This document shows, piece after piece, positions 55,600 to 63,811 of a stretch of DNA of 64,000 nucleotides. The position numbers were made by a program, and so were the translations under genes. The stretch's first letter is position 1. Each line of letters starts with the position of its first letter. Origin of the DNA: an uncultured Holophagales bacterium (GTDB lineage: Bacteria; Acidobacteriota; Thermoanaerobaculia; Multivoradales; UBA5704); assembly GCA_963842525.1 (NCBI GenBank), contig CAWJGT010000034.1:128001-192000 (forward strand), in the 5' to 3' direction. Under the pieces are notes generated by a model. It saw only the letters and a list, made by a program, of their open reading frames with translations, did no database searches and had not been told where the DNA came from.

Positions 55600-56169
55600 T
55601 CAAATCCTCGGCGCGGCCGAGGTCCAGCCCGCGGGCACGTCGATCGGGCTACCGGCCGTGCCGCCGAGGGCGGCGTCCGTCGCGCGGGCGGTCGCGTCCG
55701 CGGCACGGTAGGCCACGTCCGTCATGCCGGCGGCGGTCTGGTAGGCGGCCTCGTCCATGACGGCCGCGGTGCGGTAGGCCGCATCTCCGGCGCTCGCGGC
55801 GGCGCGGTCGCCCTGGCCCATGCTCCCCGGCATGACCTGCCCCATGCCGCGCTCCATGCCCCGCATCGAGCGCTGCATCATCTCCGAGCTCATCCGCATC
55901 CAGGAGGTCGGATCGAACGCCTGGACGTTGAAGACGCTGAACATCAGGTCCGTCACGCCGCGCTGGATCTGGTCGCCGGCGTCGAACAGACCGCGCAGGG
56001 TCGGGCCCAGCTCCTTCCTCATCGTGCCGGTCACGGTGTCGAATCCCTCGGCCGCCTTGTCGAAGGGGCGGCTCATGTCCTGCGGCATCGACAGGTTGAG
56101 CATCTGCTTCAGGCCGTAGAGCGGCATCGCCCAGGAGAAACTCAGCATCGACTTGGTCAACTCACGCAT
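55600..56169 (-). CDS. Small SFSWAM-module protein with Ala-rich 11-mer repeats (phasin/perilipin-like by pattern)
   Basis: MRELTKSMLSFSWAMPLYG...AGDQIQRGVTDLMFS; AGDAAYRTAAV/MDEAAYQTAAG/MTDVAYRAADA. Confidence 0.8.
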   Translation of the reverse strand: MRELTKSMLSFSWAMPLYGLKQMLNLSMPQDMSRPFDKAAEGFDTVTGTMRKELGPTLRGLFDAGDQIQRGVTDLMFSVFNVQAFDPTSWMRMSSEMMQRSMRGMERGMGQVMPGSMGQGDRAAASAGDAAYRTAAVMDEAAYQTAAGMTDVAYRAADATARATDAALGGTAGSPIDVPAGWTSAAPRI

Positions 56170-56209
56170 GGGCAGCTCCTTCCTCTCCTGCAGGTCTCTC
56201 ATACAGATC

Positions 56210-57865
56210 TCATACCAACCTGCGCAAACTGTCGACGAACAGGATCAGGGAGGCTGCGGCAATCAGGAGCTCGGCCGTGAACAGGTTGAGCCCGAGAGCA
56301 GCCTGCTCCCCGGTCATCGTGATGAGCAACGAGATTCCGAAAGCGACCGCGGCGAAGCGGAAGGCCCGCTCCGCCGGTACCGGGTCCCTGGCGGCAGGAC
56401 CGATCGCCGTCCGCCGCTCCCGTGACGTCAGCCTCTCGAGAAACCGGGTGGCACGGGCTTGCCCGTCTTGCGCCAGGTGGCCCACCGCCGCCGACCACTG
56501 AACCATGCGGTCGTACGAGACCAGTTGACTCCAGGACTCCTGGCGGAGGTAACGGTCGCATACCAAGGCCAGATACCCGCCGATGTCGAACCCCGGCGCG
56601 AAGCGGGTGATCAGGCCGTCGATGGCGATCGACGAGCGGATGTATTTGATGACGTCCCGCTCAGGCCAGATGCCGGTGGCGCGGGACAGGCGCAGCATGT
56701 CGAGCATCACCAGGGTGAAATTCTTGCGCAGGCGCCGCTCCTGCCCCTGGTAGTCGTACCACTGATCGGCCATCTTCAGCAGCCCCGCCCGGAAGCCGAC
56801 GGGATCGGAGCTCGCGTCCATGGAGGTGACCTTGAAGAAGGCCTGGCACATCCCGTCGAGATCGCCCTGGGTGTAGGAAAGAGTGAGATTGATCAGATGG
56901 CGGCGCGAATAGTGGCTGAGCACGCCGGTGATGCCGAAGTCGATATAGCCGACGACGTTTTCCGGCAGGATCATCAGGTTCGCCGGGTGGAGATCGGCGT
57001 GGAACAGGCCATGCCGGAAGGCATCGCCCAGGAAGTTCTCGATGATGTTGCGCGCGAAGCGCTGCGGGTCGAAGCCCGTCAGCTCCAGGCGGCGGACGGT
57101 GGTCTCGTCTCCCGTCTCCCGCGCCCGCAGATAGCCGAGCAGGGTGGAGCCCTCGAAGAATTCCATGACCAGAATGCGGCGCGTGGTGTGGCGGCACAGG
57201 ACCTCGGGCACCCGCTCCACCGGGTTGTCGCGGGCGTTGATCCGGAGCTGGTCCATGTAGCGGGCCTCGTTCCGGTAGTCGAGCTCCTCGGCGGTCCAGC
57301 CGATGAACTCGGAGAGCGGCTCGATCATCCAGTAGATGGCCTTGATGCGGAGAGCGCGGATCACTCGGATCATCGTCGTCATCAGACGGATGTCACCGGC
57401 GAAGTCCGTCTTCACGCTCGGCCGCTGCACCTTGACAGCGAGCTTGCATCCTTCGAGGTAGGCGATGTGGACCTGGCCGATGGAGGCGGTGGCGATCGGC
57501 TCGGTCTCGAACGACTCGAAGATCGCGGATGGCGGCGCCCCGAGCTCTTCGACGAAGGTCTGCTCGACCTCGGCGTACCCGAAGGGCGCCACGCGGTCGA
57601 GGAGCCGCGACAGCGCGTGGCAATACTCGAAGGGGATCACATCGGTTTGCAGGGCCAGCATCTGGCCAAACTTGATGAACGTGCCGCCGAGGTCCTCGAG
57701 GACGACGCGCGCGCGCTCGGGGCCGGAGAGCCCCACCTCCGGCAGGCGCCGGGCGAGACGGGGCCAGCGGGCCAGGCGCGGCCCCAGCCCGTGCGCGAGC
57801 CCGTGGAGGACGAGCACGCGGACGATCCAGCCCATCCGGCGGAGGTTGAGCCAGAAGACCCTCAT
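56210..57865 (-). CDS. ABC1/UbiB (AarF) atypical protein kinase
   Basis: LEDLGGTFIKFGQML, ATASIGQVH, AVKVQRP, EELDY..EA, HADLHPAN, IDFG; C-terminal TMs. Confidence 0.9.
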   Translation of the reverse strand: MRVFWLNLRRMGWIVRVLVLHGLAHGLGPRLARWPRLARRLPEVGLSGPERARVVLEDLGGTFIKFGQMLALQTDVIPFEYCHALSRLLDRVAPFGYAEVEQTFVEELGAPPSAIFESFETEPIATASIGQVHIAYLEGCKLAVKVQRPSVKTDFAGDIRLMTTMIRVIRALRIKAIYWMIEPLSEFIGWTAEELDYRNEARYMDQLRINARDNPVERVPEVLCRHTTRRILVMEFFEGSTLLGYLRARETGDETTVRRLELTGFDPQRFARNIIENFLGDAFRHGLFHADLHPANLMILPENVVGYIDFGITGVLSHYSRRHLINLTLSYTQGDLDGMCQAFFKVTSMDASSDPVGFRAGLLKMADQWYDYQGQERRLRKNFTLVMLDMLRLSRATGIWPERDVIKYIRSSIAIDGLITRFAPGFDIGGYLALVCDRYLRQESWSQLVSYDRMVQWSAAVGHLAQDGQARATRFLERLTSRERRTAIGPAARDPVPAERAFRFAAVAFGISLLITMTGEQAALGLNLFTAELLIAAASLILFVDSLRRLV

Positions 57866-59091
57866 GCCGCGCCCCGCCGCAGCTGCGCGACATATGCCGC
57901 CAGGTCGCGGTACTCGAAGATGTCACCCATGCGGCCCTGCTGCTTGATTACCGGGTAGTAGTCGTTGAGCGCCGTCTCGGCGGGGATGCGCACCAGCCGG
58001 TCCCACAGCGCAGCGACCCGCCGGTCGGCCGGCCGATAGCGGATGAACGGCTCGATGTACGACGCGTCCGGCGTCGTGTCGAAGCGCATCATCATCGAGG
58101 AGGCGATGCCGTTGGCAAAGCCGCCGTTCTGCGCCAGCTCCTCGCCGTTGAGCCGGAGGAGCAGGTCCGCCATGATCTGCGGGTTTCGCTGGTTGACGAG
58201 CGCGTAGCCCCAGGCCGCTCCGGCCCAGGTGTTGAGGAGCGCCGCCTCGTCGGGAGCCTCGTGCCGTGCCATCTCGAAGATGGTCCAGTCCGAGCAGGGA
58301 AGGAAATTGATGAGCCAGAAATACAGCAACCGGCCCACGCCGTGCCAGAAGTAGCCGCGGACCTCCGGCGCGATCTCGCGCAGCACCTGGTCGACGGCCG
58401 GCACCATGGTCGGACGCAGCAAGCGGGTGGTCAGGCCCAGGTTTTCGTAGACCGCCCCGGCGTAGCCGGGCGTGGCGTTGTCGTGGTCGAGGCGGACGAT
58501 CTCCGCGATCATCCGGCGGATGTCCGCGGCCGGCGTGTCCCAGCGCAGCCCGCCCGGGAACCCGGCGAGATTGCCTTCGTAGGTCTTGCGGGCGATGGAC
58601 AGCCCGATGCCGGCGTTCAGCATGGGCAGGCTGCCGGGCGGCAGGTCCCTGGTGACCTCCGTCGACAGGATGCCATGCGGCGCCGTGCCCTGCTCCCAGA
58701 ATCGGTCCCCGTAGCTGTGCCCCAGACCCTCGATGGCCCAGAGCGAGTAGAACTCGCCGAGCCGCCCATAGGCATTGGCGACCATTTGCGGCAGCGGCAG
58801 GAGACCGTGGGGGGGTGCGCCGATCAGCGGTCCGACCGCCGGCACGAGCACGAAGATCGCGCCCTTGTTCCCGAGCTCCTTGGCGCTGGTCCAGACATTG
58901 CCGCCCGCCAGGAAGAGGCGGAGCCCGGCGGTCGCCCGCGAGATGGGATTCCCCGTCAGGGTGAGCGCCACGAACGGGTTCAGCACCTGGGGCGTGGTAA
59001 GCCCCTTGGCCATGCCGGCCAGCAGCGAGACCACCTCGTTGCCGAATTGGAAGGCGCCTCTGACGATACCGCTAGTCTGCTGTTCGCTCAC
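57862..59091 (-). CDS. 'WHGAGR' family paralog 1
   Basis: GGAGG RBS + GTG; WAIEGLGH, LNAGIGL, ENLGL, FWHGVGRLLYF, FANGIAS; closely similar to 54216..55583. Confidence 0.8.
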   Translation of the reverse strand: MSEQQTSGIVRGAFQFGNEVVSLLAGMAKGLTTPQVLNPFVALTLTGNPISRATAGLRLFLAGGNVWTSAKELGNKGAIFVLVPAVGPLIGAPPHGLLPLPQMVANAYGRLGEFYSLWAIEGLGHSYGDRFWEQGTAPHGILSTEVTRDLPPGSLPMLNAGIGLSIARKTYEGNLAGFPGGLRWDTPAADIRRMIAEIVRLDHDNATPGYAGAVYENLGLTTRLLRPTMVPAVDQVLREIAPEVRGYFWHGVGRLLYFWLINFLPCSDWTIFEMARHEAPDEAALLNTWAGAAWGYALVNQRNPQIMADLLLRLNGEELAQNGGFANGIASSMMMRFDTTPDASYIEPFIRYRPADRRVAALWDRLVRIPAETALNDYYPVIKQQGRMGDIFEYRDLAAYVAQLRRGAA

Positions 59092-59222
59092 AATACCTCC
59101 CCACCTTGCGGCTCTCCGACGCCTGTCTGGGCGTGATCCTCGCGCAAGATCCAGGCCTGCGCAGAGCTGCGCCCTTTGTCAGAGTACGGTTTAGCTCTGC
59201 TTTACGCAAGGAGCGCGGGGGT

Positions 59223-59898
59223 TCAAAAGAGATCCAACGCCTCCCGCGGCTCGCGCAGGAGGCCCATCTCGTAGGCGAGGCGCACGGCGTCGCGGCGCCG
59301 GTGGACCCGCAGCTTCCCGAGGATGTTGTGCACGTGATTCTTCACCGTCTGCACGGTGATGTGGAGCGCGTGGGCAATCTCCTTGTTGCGCAGACCGCGG
59401 GCCATGAGAGAGAGGGTCTCGAGCTTCCCGAGCGGTGAGCGGATCGCAGCCCTCGGGCAGCGCGATGACCCGGCGGTCCTTCTCGAGGGCGGCGATCCGG
59501 TCCAGGACGGCGGCTGTGATCCGCGGCGAGGAGTGGACCTGGCCGTCGCGCAGGAAGCGGAGCGCCTCGATCAGCCGGTCGGGCGAGGCGCTCTGGAGGA
59601 GGTAGGCTGCCGCGCCCGCCTCGATGAACTCGAGGACGCTTTCGTCCTCGCGCTCCAGCCCGAGGACCATGATCTGGGCTTCAGGAAACCGCTCGCGCGC
59701 GGACCAGGTCAGAGAGAGGGCCTCTGCCGGGCTGTACGACGCGTCGATCAGGATGATCGAGGGAGGGTCCTGGCTTTCCGCGGAAGTGGCACAGAGGCGG
59801 AGCCCCTTCTCCGCCGGCAGAACCGCCTCCAATGCTTCGACGAAAACCCGATCCCCTCCCAGGATCATCACGGAGATGGTCGGCTCCACTTCCTCCAT
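59223..59898 (-). CDS. LuxR/NarL-type regulator with atypical receiver; frameshift near 59426
   Basis: IEAGAAAYLL; PLTARE then, in the next frame, MARGLRNKEIA...TVKNHVHNILGKL. Confidence 0.8.
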
Positions 59899-59900
59899 GA

Positions 59901-60578
59901 CTACGAGCCCCGCCGCCCCTCTTGCAGCCAACCCTTGGCAAAGGCGTGCCGTACGGCTGCCCAGCGGTTCGGAACGCCGAGCGTCTCCAGGATCTTGTGG
60001 ACGTGGTTCTTGACCGTATGGACGGACAGGAAGAGGCGCTGGGCGATCTCCTGGTTGCTCAGGCCCCCGGCCATCAGGTGCAGGATTTCCATCTCCCGCG
60101 CCGTGAGCTCCAGCACGTCGAGCCGCTCGCGCCGCCGCCGCTCGCGGCCGAGCTCGCCCAGGCGGGAGAACAGGATGTGCGCCACCCGCGGCGAGCAGGC
60201 CATCTCGCCGCGCTCGACCAGCTCCAGGGACGACAGCAGATCCGACAGCGGCTGATTGCGAAAGAGAAAACCCTTCGCTCCGCTCTGCAGGTATTCGAGA
60301 ATCTGCTCCTCGGAATCGTTACGTCCCAGGAGCAGCAGCTTGACGTCCGGGAAGCGGTCCCGCAGGCTCCGGATCCTCTGCGGACCCTCCCCATCAAAGA
60401 GATCGAGGCTCGCCACCAGGATGCCAGGACCCTGCGCCGCGAGCAGGCCCGACATCTGTTCCCAGCTCCCGGCTTCGCCGACCGCCTCGAAACGGCCGTG
60501 CTGGCAGAGCGCCGAAGCGAGCGATTTGCGGAAGAGCTCGTAAGGATCGGCGATCAGGAGCCATAGAGGTCTCCGCAT
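59901..60578 (-). CDS. LuxR/NarL-type regulator with atypical receiver
   Basis: LLIADPY, GILVASLD (no canonical phospho-Asp), GAKGFL, LTAREMEIL...SNQEIA...TVKNHVHKI. Confidence 0.85.
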   Translation of the reverse strand: MRRPLWLLIADPYELFRKSLASALCQHGRFEAVGEAGSWEQMSGLLAAQGPGILVASLDLFDGEGPQRIRSLRDRFPDVKLLLLGRNDSEEQILEYLQSGAKGFLFRNQPLSDLLSSLELVERGEMACSPRVAHILFSRLGELGRERRRRERLDVLELTAREMEILHLMAGGLSNQEIAQRLFLSVHTVKNHVHKILETLGVPNRWAAVRHAFAKGWLQEGRRGS

Positions 60579-60737
60579 TACGACAATTCCCCCCTTTTTC
60601 CCAGAATTTCCTCCAGCAATCTAAAGCGCCGGAGCGCAATACAAAAGAGGCTCCGCAGCCGGAGCGCGTGCAGGGAACACACTCACTTTAGTGCACCCCA
60701 AGCGTTATGGACAAGGGCGCCCTGGGAATGGTCGCGT

Positions 60738-61541
60738 TCATTCTTGATCGATGTCGCGAGGATGCGCCAAATCGTGGCGGAAGACCTGAAAAATTCTCTC
60801 GATCAGGAAAACTATTTCCGCTGCGAGCCGCAGCAGCCCCGCCACGATCAATCCTGCCCCCTCGACCAGGAGCTTCGCCAACGCCAGCAGGCCCACCGCG
60901 CCGGTCCAGGCGAGCAGCCAGACCAGCACGACAGGAGCGAACAGCGGCACGACCCATGGCGACCGGACCGCCCGGCTCCCCGGTGTGCTCGTCGCCAGCT
61001 TGCGCCAGAAGCGCAGGCCGCTCGTCTCGACCGATACGCATCCGGGGGCTCCGCCCGCGCACTCGAAGAGGCTCCGGCCCCTCCCGGCAATGCGATAGGC
61101 GTCGCGCTCCATCGGATGGCGGTGATACTGGAATCCATTGCCGGCCGCACAGGCGAGATAGAGGACGATGAAGGGACGGAGGAGACCGAGCCCCGGGCCG
61201 GCCTCCTGCATCTGCAGGGCGTGGAAGGCCTCGTGGACGAGGAGCCCGAGACCGTCGACCGAGGCGGTGTCCAACCTGCGTGGCTGGATGTAGATGCGGC
61301 ACCCGAAGGGCGAGAGCACTGCCGACAGCGTAATGCCGTGGGCGGCCCACCGCAGCAGATGCGGCAGGCCGCGGTGGAAGCTCACCCGGCGGAGATCGAG
61401 GGTCGGGTAGGACACGGCGAGCAGGCGCCGCACCTCCTCAGGCAGCTCCACCCGCGGCGGGAAGAGCCACTCCCACAGGCGCCGGGCACGCCACCGGAGC
61501 CGCTGCCCGAGGCCTCTGCCGGGGGGACGAGGGTCTCTCAA
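60738..61541 (-). CDS. Putative membrane-anchored zincin (DUF4157-like)
   Basis: LLVHEAFHALQ...HPMERDAY; TTG start overlaps upstream TGA; C-terminal hydrophobic helices. Confidence 0.6.
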   Translation of the reverse strand: MRDPRPPGRGLGQRLRWRARRLWEWLFPPRVELPEEVRRLLAVSYPTLDLRRVSFHRGLPHLLRWAAHGITLSAVLSPFGCRIYIQPRRLDTASVDGLGLLVHEAFHALQMQEAGPGLGLLRPFIVLYLACAAGNGFQYHRHPMERDAYRIAGRGRSLFECAGGAPGCVSVETSGLRFWRKLATSTPGSRAVRSPWVVPLFAPVVLVWLLAWTGAVGLLALAKLLVEGAGLIVAGLLRLAAEIVFLIERIFQVFRHDLAHPRDIDQE

Positions 61542-62718
61542 CCGGCCTTGCCGTAGGTGATCCGGTAGATGGCGCCCGCCTCGTCGTCGGACACCAGCAA
61601 CGCCCCGTCCGGCATCACCAGCACGTCGGCCGGACGCCCCCAGGCCTTGCCGTTCCTGCGCAGCCACCCCTCGGCAAAGGGCTCGTAGGAGACGGCCCGG
61701 CCGTCCTTCAGGCGGACGAGCATGACGCGGTAGCCGATCGGCTCGCTGCGGTTCCACGAGCCGTGCTCGGCAATGAAGATCTGGTTGCGGTACTCGGCCG
61801 GAAACATCGACCCGGTGTAGAAGCGCATCCCGATCGCCGCCACATGCGGTCCGAGCTCCTCTCCGGCCCGACAAACTGGTCGCAGCTCCTCTTCTTACCG
61901 AATTCCGGGTCCGGGATGGCGTTGCCGTGGCAGTATGGGTACCCGAAATGGAGCCCGGGCCGGGGGACCCGGTTCAGCTCGTCCGGAGGCTGGTTGTCCC
62001 CCATCATGTCGCGGCCGTTCTCGGCAAACCAGAGCTCCCTGGTCTGCGGATGCCAGTCGAAGCCCACCGTGTTGCGGACGCCGCGGGCGACGATCTCGGG
62101 AGCCGAGGCCGTGCCGTTCGGATTCACCTTGATCCGCGTGATCGAGGCGTAGATCGGCTTCTCGCTCTCGCAGATGTTGCACGGCGCCCCCACCGGCACA
62201 TAGAGGAGGCCGTCGGGACCGAAGGCGATGAACTTCCAGCCATGGTGGCGGTCGCTCGGAAAGGCCTCCGAAACCACCTTGGGCTCCGGGGGATTCTTCA
62301 GCCGGTCGTCGATGCCGTCCCAGCGCAGCACCCGCGACACGTCGCCGACATAGAGGGCGCCGTCGCGGAAGGCCAGGCCGCTCGGCATCTTCAGGCCGCG
62401 GGCGATGGTGAAGACCTGGTCTGCGCGGCCGTCCTTGTTGGCGTCGACGACCGCATAGACCTTCCCTTCGCTACGCGAGCCCGCATAGAGGATGCCGCGC
62501 GGCGACAGCGCCATCTGGCGGGAATTGGGGACCTGGTCGGAGAAGACCTCGATCTTGAACCCGGCAGGCAGGCGGATCTCGCCAAGCGGCAGCCGCGAAG
62601 AGGCCTGCGCCGCCGGTGCCTGGGGGGCGGCGGACGCCTCCCGGGCCTCCCCGCCCCCGCCAGGAGCGCAGGAGAGGAGGAGCCAAAGAGCCAGGGGGAT
62701 CTGGAAGAGCGCTCGCAT
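61538..62718 (-). CDS. Glucose/sorbosone dehydrogenase family (PQQ-type beta-propeller) lipoprotein; frameshift near 61860
   Basis: LLLSC lipobox, HHGWKFIAFGPDG, GAPCNIC, GVRNTVG, PDELN, AEHGSWNR, GRPADV, SDD. Confidence 0.85.
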
Positions 62719-62757
62719 GAACGCAGTGTAGCGTACCGAGGCGGGCGCTCGTGGCCT

Positions 62758-63141
62758 TCACACCCGGGGAATCTGGGGCAGATGATCGAAATGACGATCG
62801 CGATCGCAGAGGACGAGAGCGTGCTGCAGGACCAGCGCGGCAATCCACACATCGTTGGTCGGAATCGGCGTTCCTTGCCGCCGTAGCTGGCGAAAGACAG
62901 CAGCGTAGTGATGCGTGGTCTGGTCGTCGGCGAACAGGACGGCCACTCCTGGTTTCATCAGGAAACGGCGCAACATGCGTTCGTTCTCGGCTCCCCTCTT
63001 CCCGAGGGAGAAGCCGGCCCTCAGCTCGCCAAGCACAGCAAAGGGAAGAAAGACGGCCTCCGCATGCTCGATGAGCTCGACCACCTCGTCCACGCCGCGG
63101 CCCAGGTCGGTATAGCGGTTGGTGTCGAGGGCGAGCCTCAT
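62758..63141 (-). CDS. vapC: VapC/PIN-domain toxin
   Basis: LALDTN, GEL, TPIPTNDVWIAA, DRHFDHLP. Confidence 0.9.
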   Translation of the reverse strand: MRLALDTNRYTDLGRGVDEVVELIEHAEAVFLPFAVLGELRAGFSLGKRGAENERMLRRFLMKPGVAVLFADDQTTHHYAAVFRQLRRQGTPIPTNDVWIAALVLQHALVLCDRDRHFDHLPQIPRV

Positions 63142-63380
63142 CGCCACAGCCGTTCGTCGATCTGGTCCTGCTCCGCAATCGCCTGGTCGAAGTCGGGGTC
63201 CTCCTGCCAAGTCCCGGCGATATCGCCGAGATCGCGTTGGCGGACCGGGGTCTCGCCCAAACCCGCGCCACGGATCAGAGCTTCGATGGCCACGGTATTG
63301 AGGCTTCTGCCTTCTGCCTTCGCGCGCCGGCGAAGCTCGGCGTCCACAGTTGACGGGATGTCTCTGAGGGTATACTGCAT
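63138..63380 (-). CDS. FitA-like ribbon-helix-helix antitoxin
   Basis: MQYTLRDIP..VDAELRRRAKAEGRSLN; ATGA overlap with vapC. Confidence 0.85.
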   Translation of the reverse strand: MQYTLRDIPSTVDAELRRRAKAEGRSLNTVAIEALIRGAGLGETPVRQRDLGDIAGTWQEDPDFDQAIAEQDQIDERLWR

Positions 63381-63405
63381 GCAAACATCATAGGCAATGC
63401 ATGCA
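63376..63405. promoter_or_regulatory. Paired TGCATGCA palindromes, putative TA operator
   Basis: TGCATGCA at 63376-83 and 63398-405 (22-bp period), overlapping the antitoxin start. Confidence 0.5.
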
Positions 63406-63457
63406 CAGGGCACAAGCGGCGCCGGTTCCCGAACGACTGAGCTACACTTCCCCTCGT

Positions 63458-63811
63458 ATGACGCTCACCCCCGACCTCGTCGCAGACATCCTGGTGCGCC
63501 AGAAGCACATCACCCCGGAACAGGGCGAGATGATCAAGCAGGAGGCGAAGCTCCTGCCGAGCCGCATGCGGACCGGCAGCGCCTACGAGCAGAAGTCCGT
63601 CGCCTACGAGATCATCATCCGGCTCAACCTGCGCGACCTGCGCGGGAACTGGCCACCAGGGGTCTTCTCCGAGGACATTGATCTCGCGAGAGAGATCATC
63701 CAGACGTGCCGGGAGCGAGCCAAAGCGTCGTCCGGCCGGTCCCTTGAACCAAGCTCAAGAGAGCTATTTATTACGAGGGCTTCTGCTCAACCTCCAGAAA
63801 CATTGGGTTAG
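63458..63811 (+). CDS. Short hypothetical protein, possibly a truncated N-terminal fragment (GspE/PilB N-like)
   Basis: VADILVRQKHITPEQ resembles the MshEN-like LGEILV...IT.EQ pattern; tail overlaps the convergent gene. Confidence 0.4.
   Translation: MTLTPDLVADILVRQKHITPEQGEMIKQEAKLLPSRMRTGSAYEQKSVAYEIIIRLNLRDLRGNWPPGVFSEDIDLAREIIQTCRERAKASSGRSLEPSSRELFITRASAQPPETLG

Noticed and set aside
52594-57865. Ubiquinone biosynthesis ubiB locus
   Set aside because: No ubiE, ubiJ or other ubi genes are adjacent, and the context is unrelated
32380-60578. Classical PHA, PKS/NRPS, gas vesicle, BMC or encapsulin cluster
   Set aside because: No PhaC, KS/A/ACP domains, GvpA, BMC shell or encapsulin sequences were recognised
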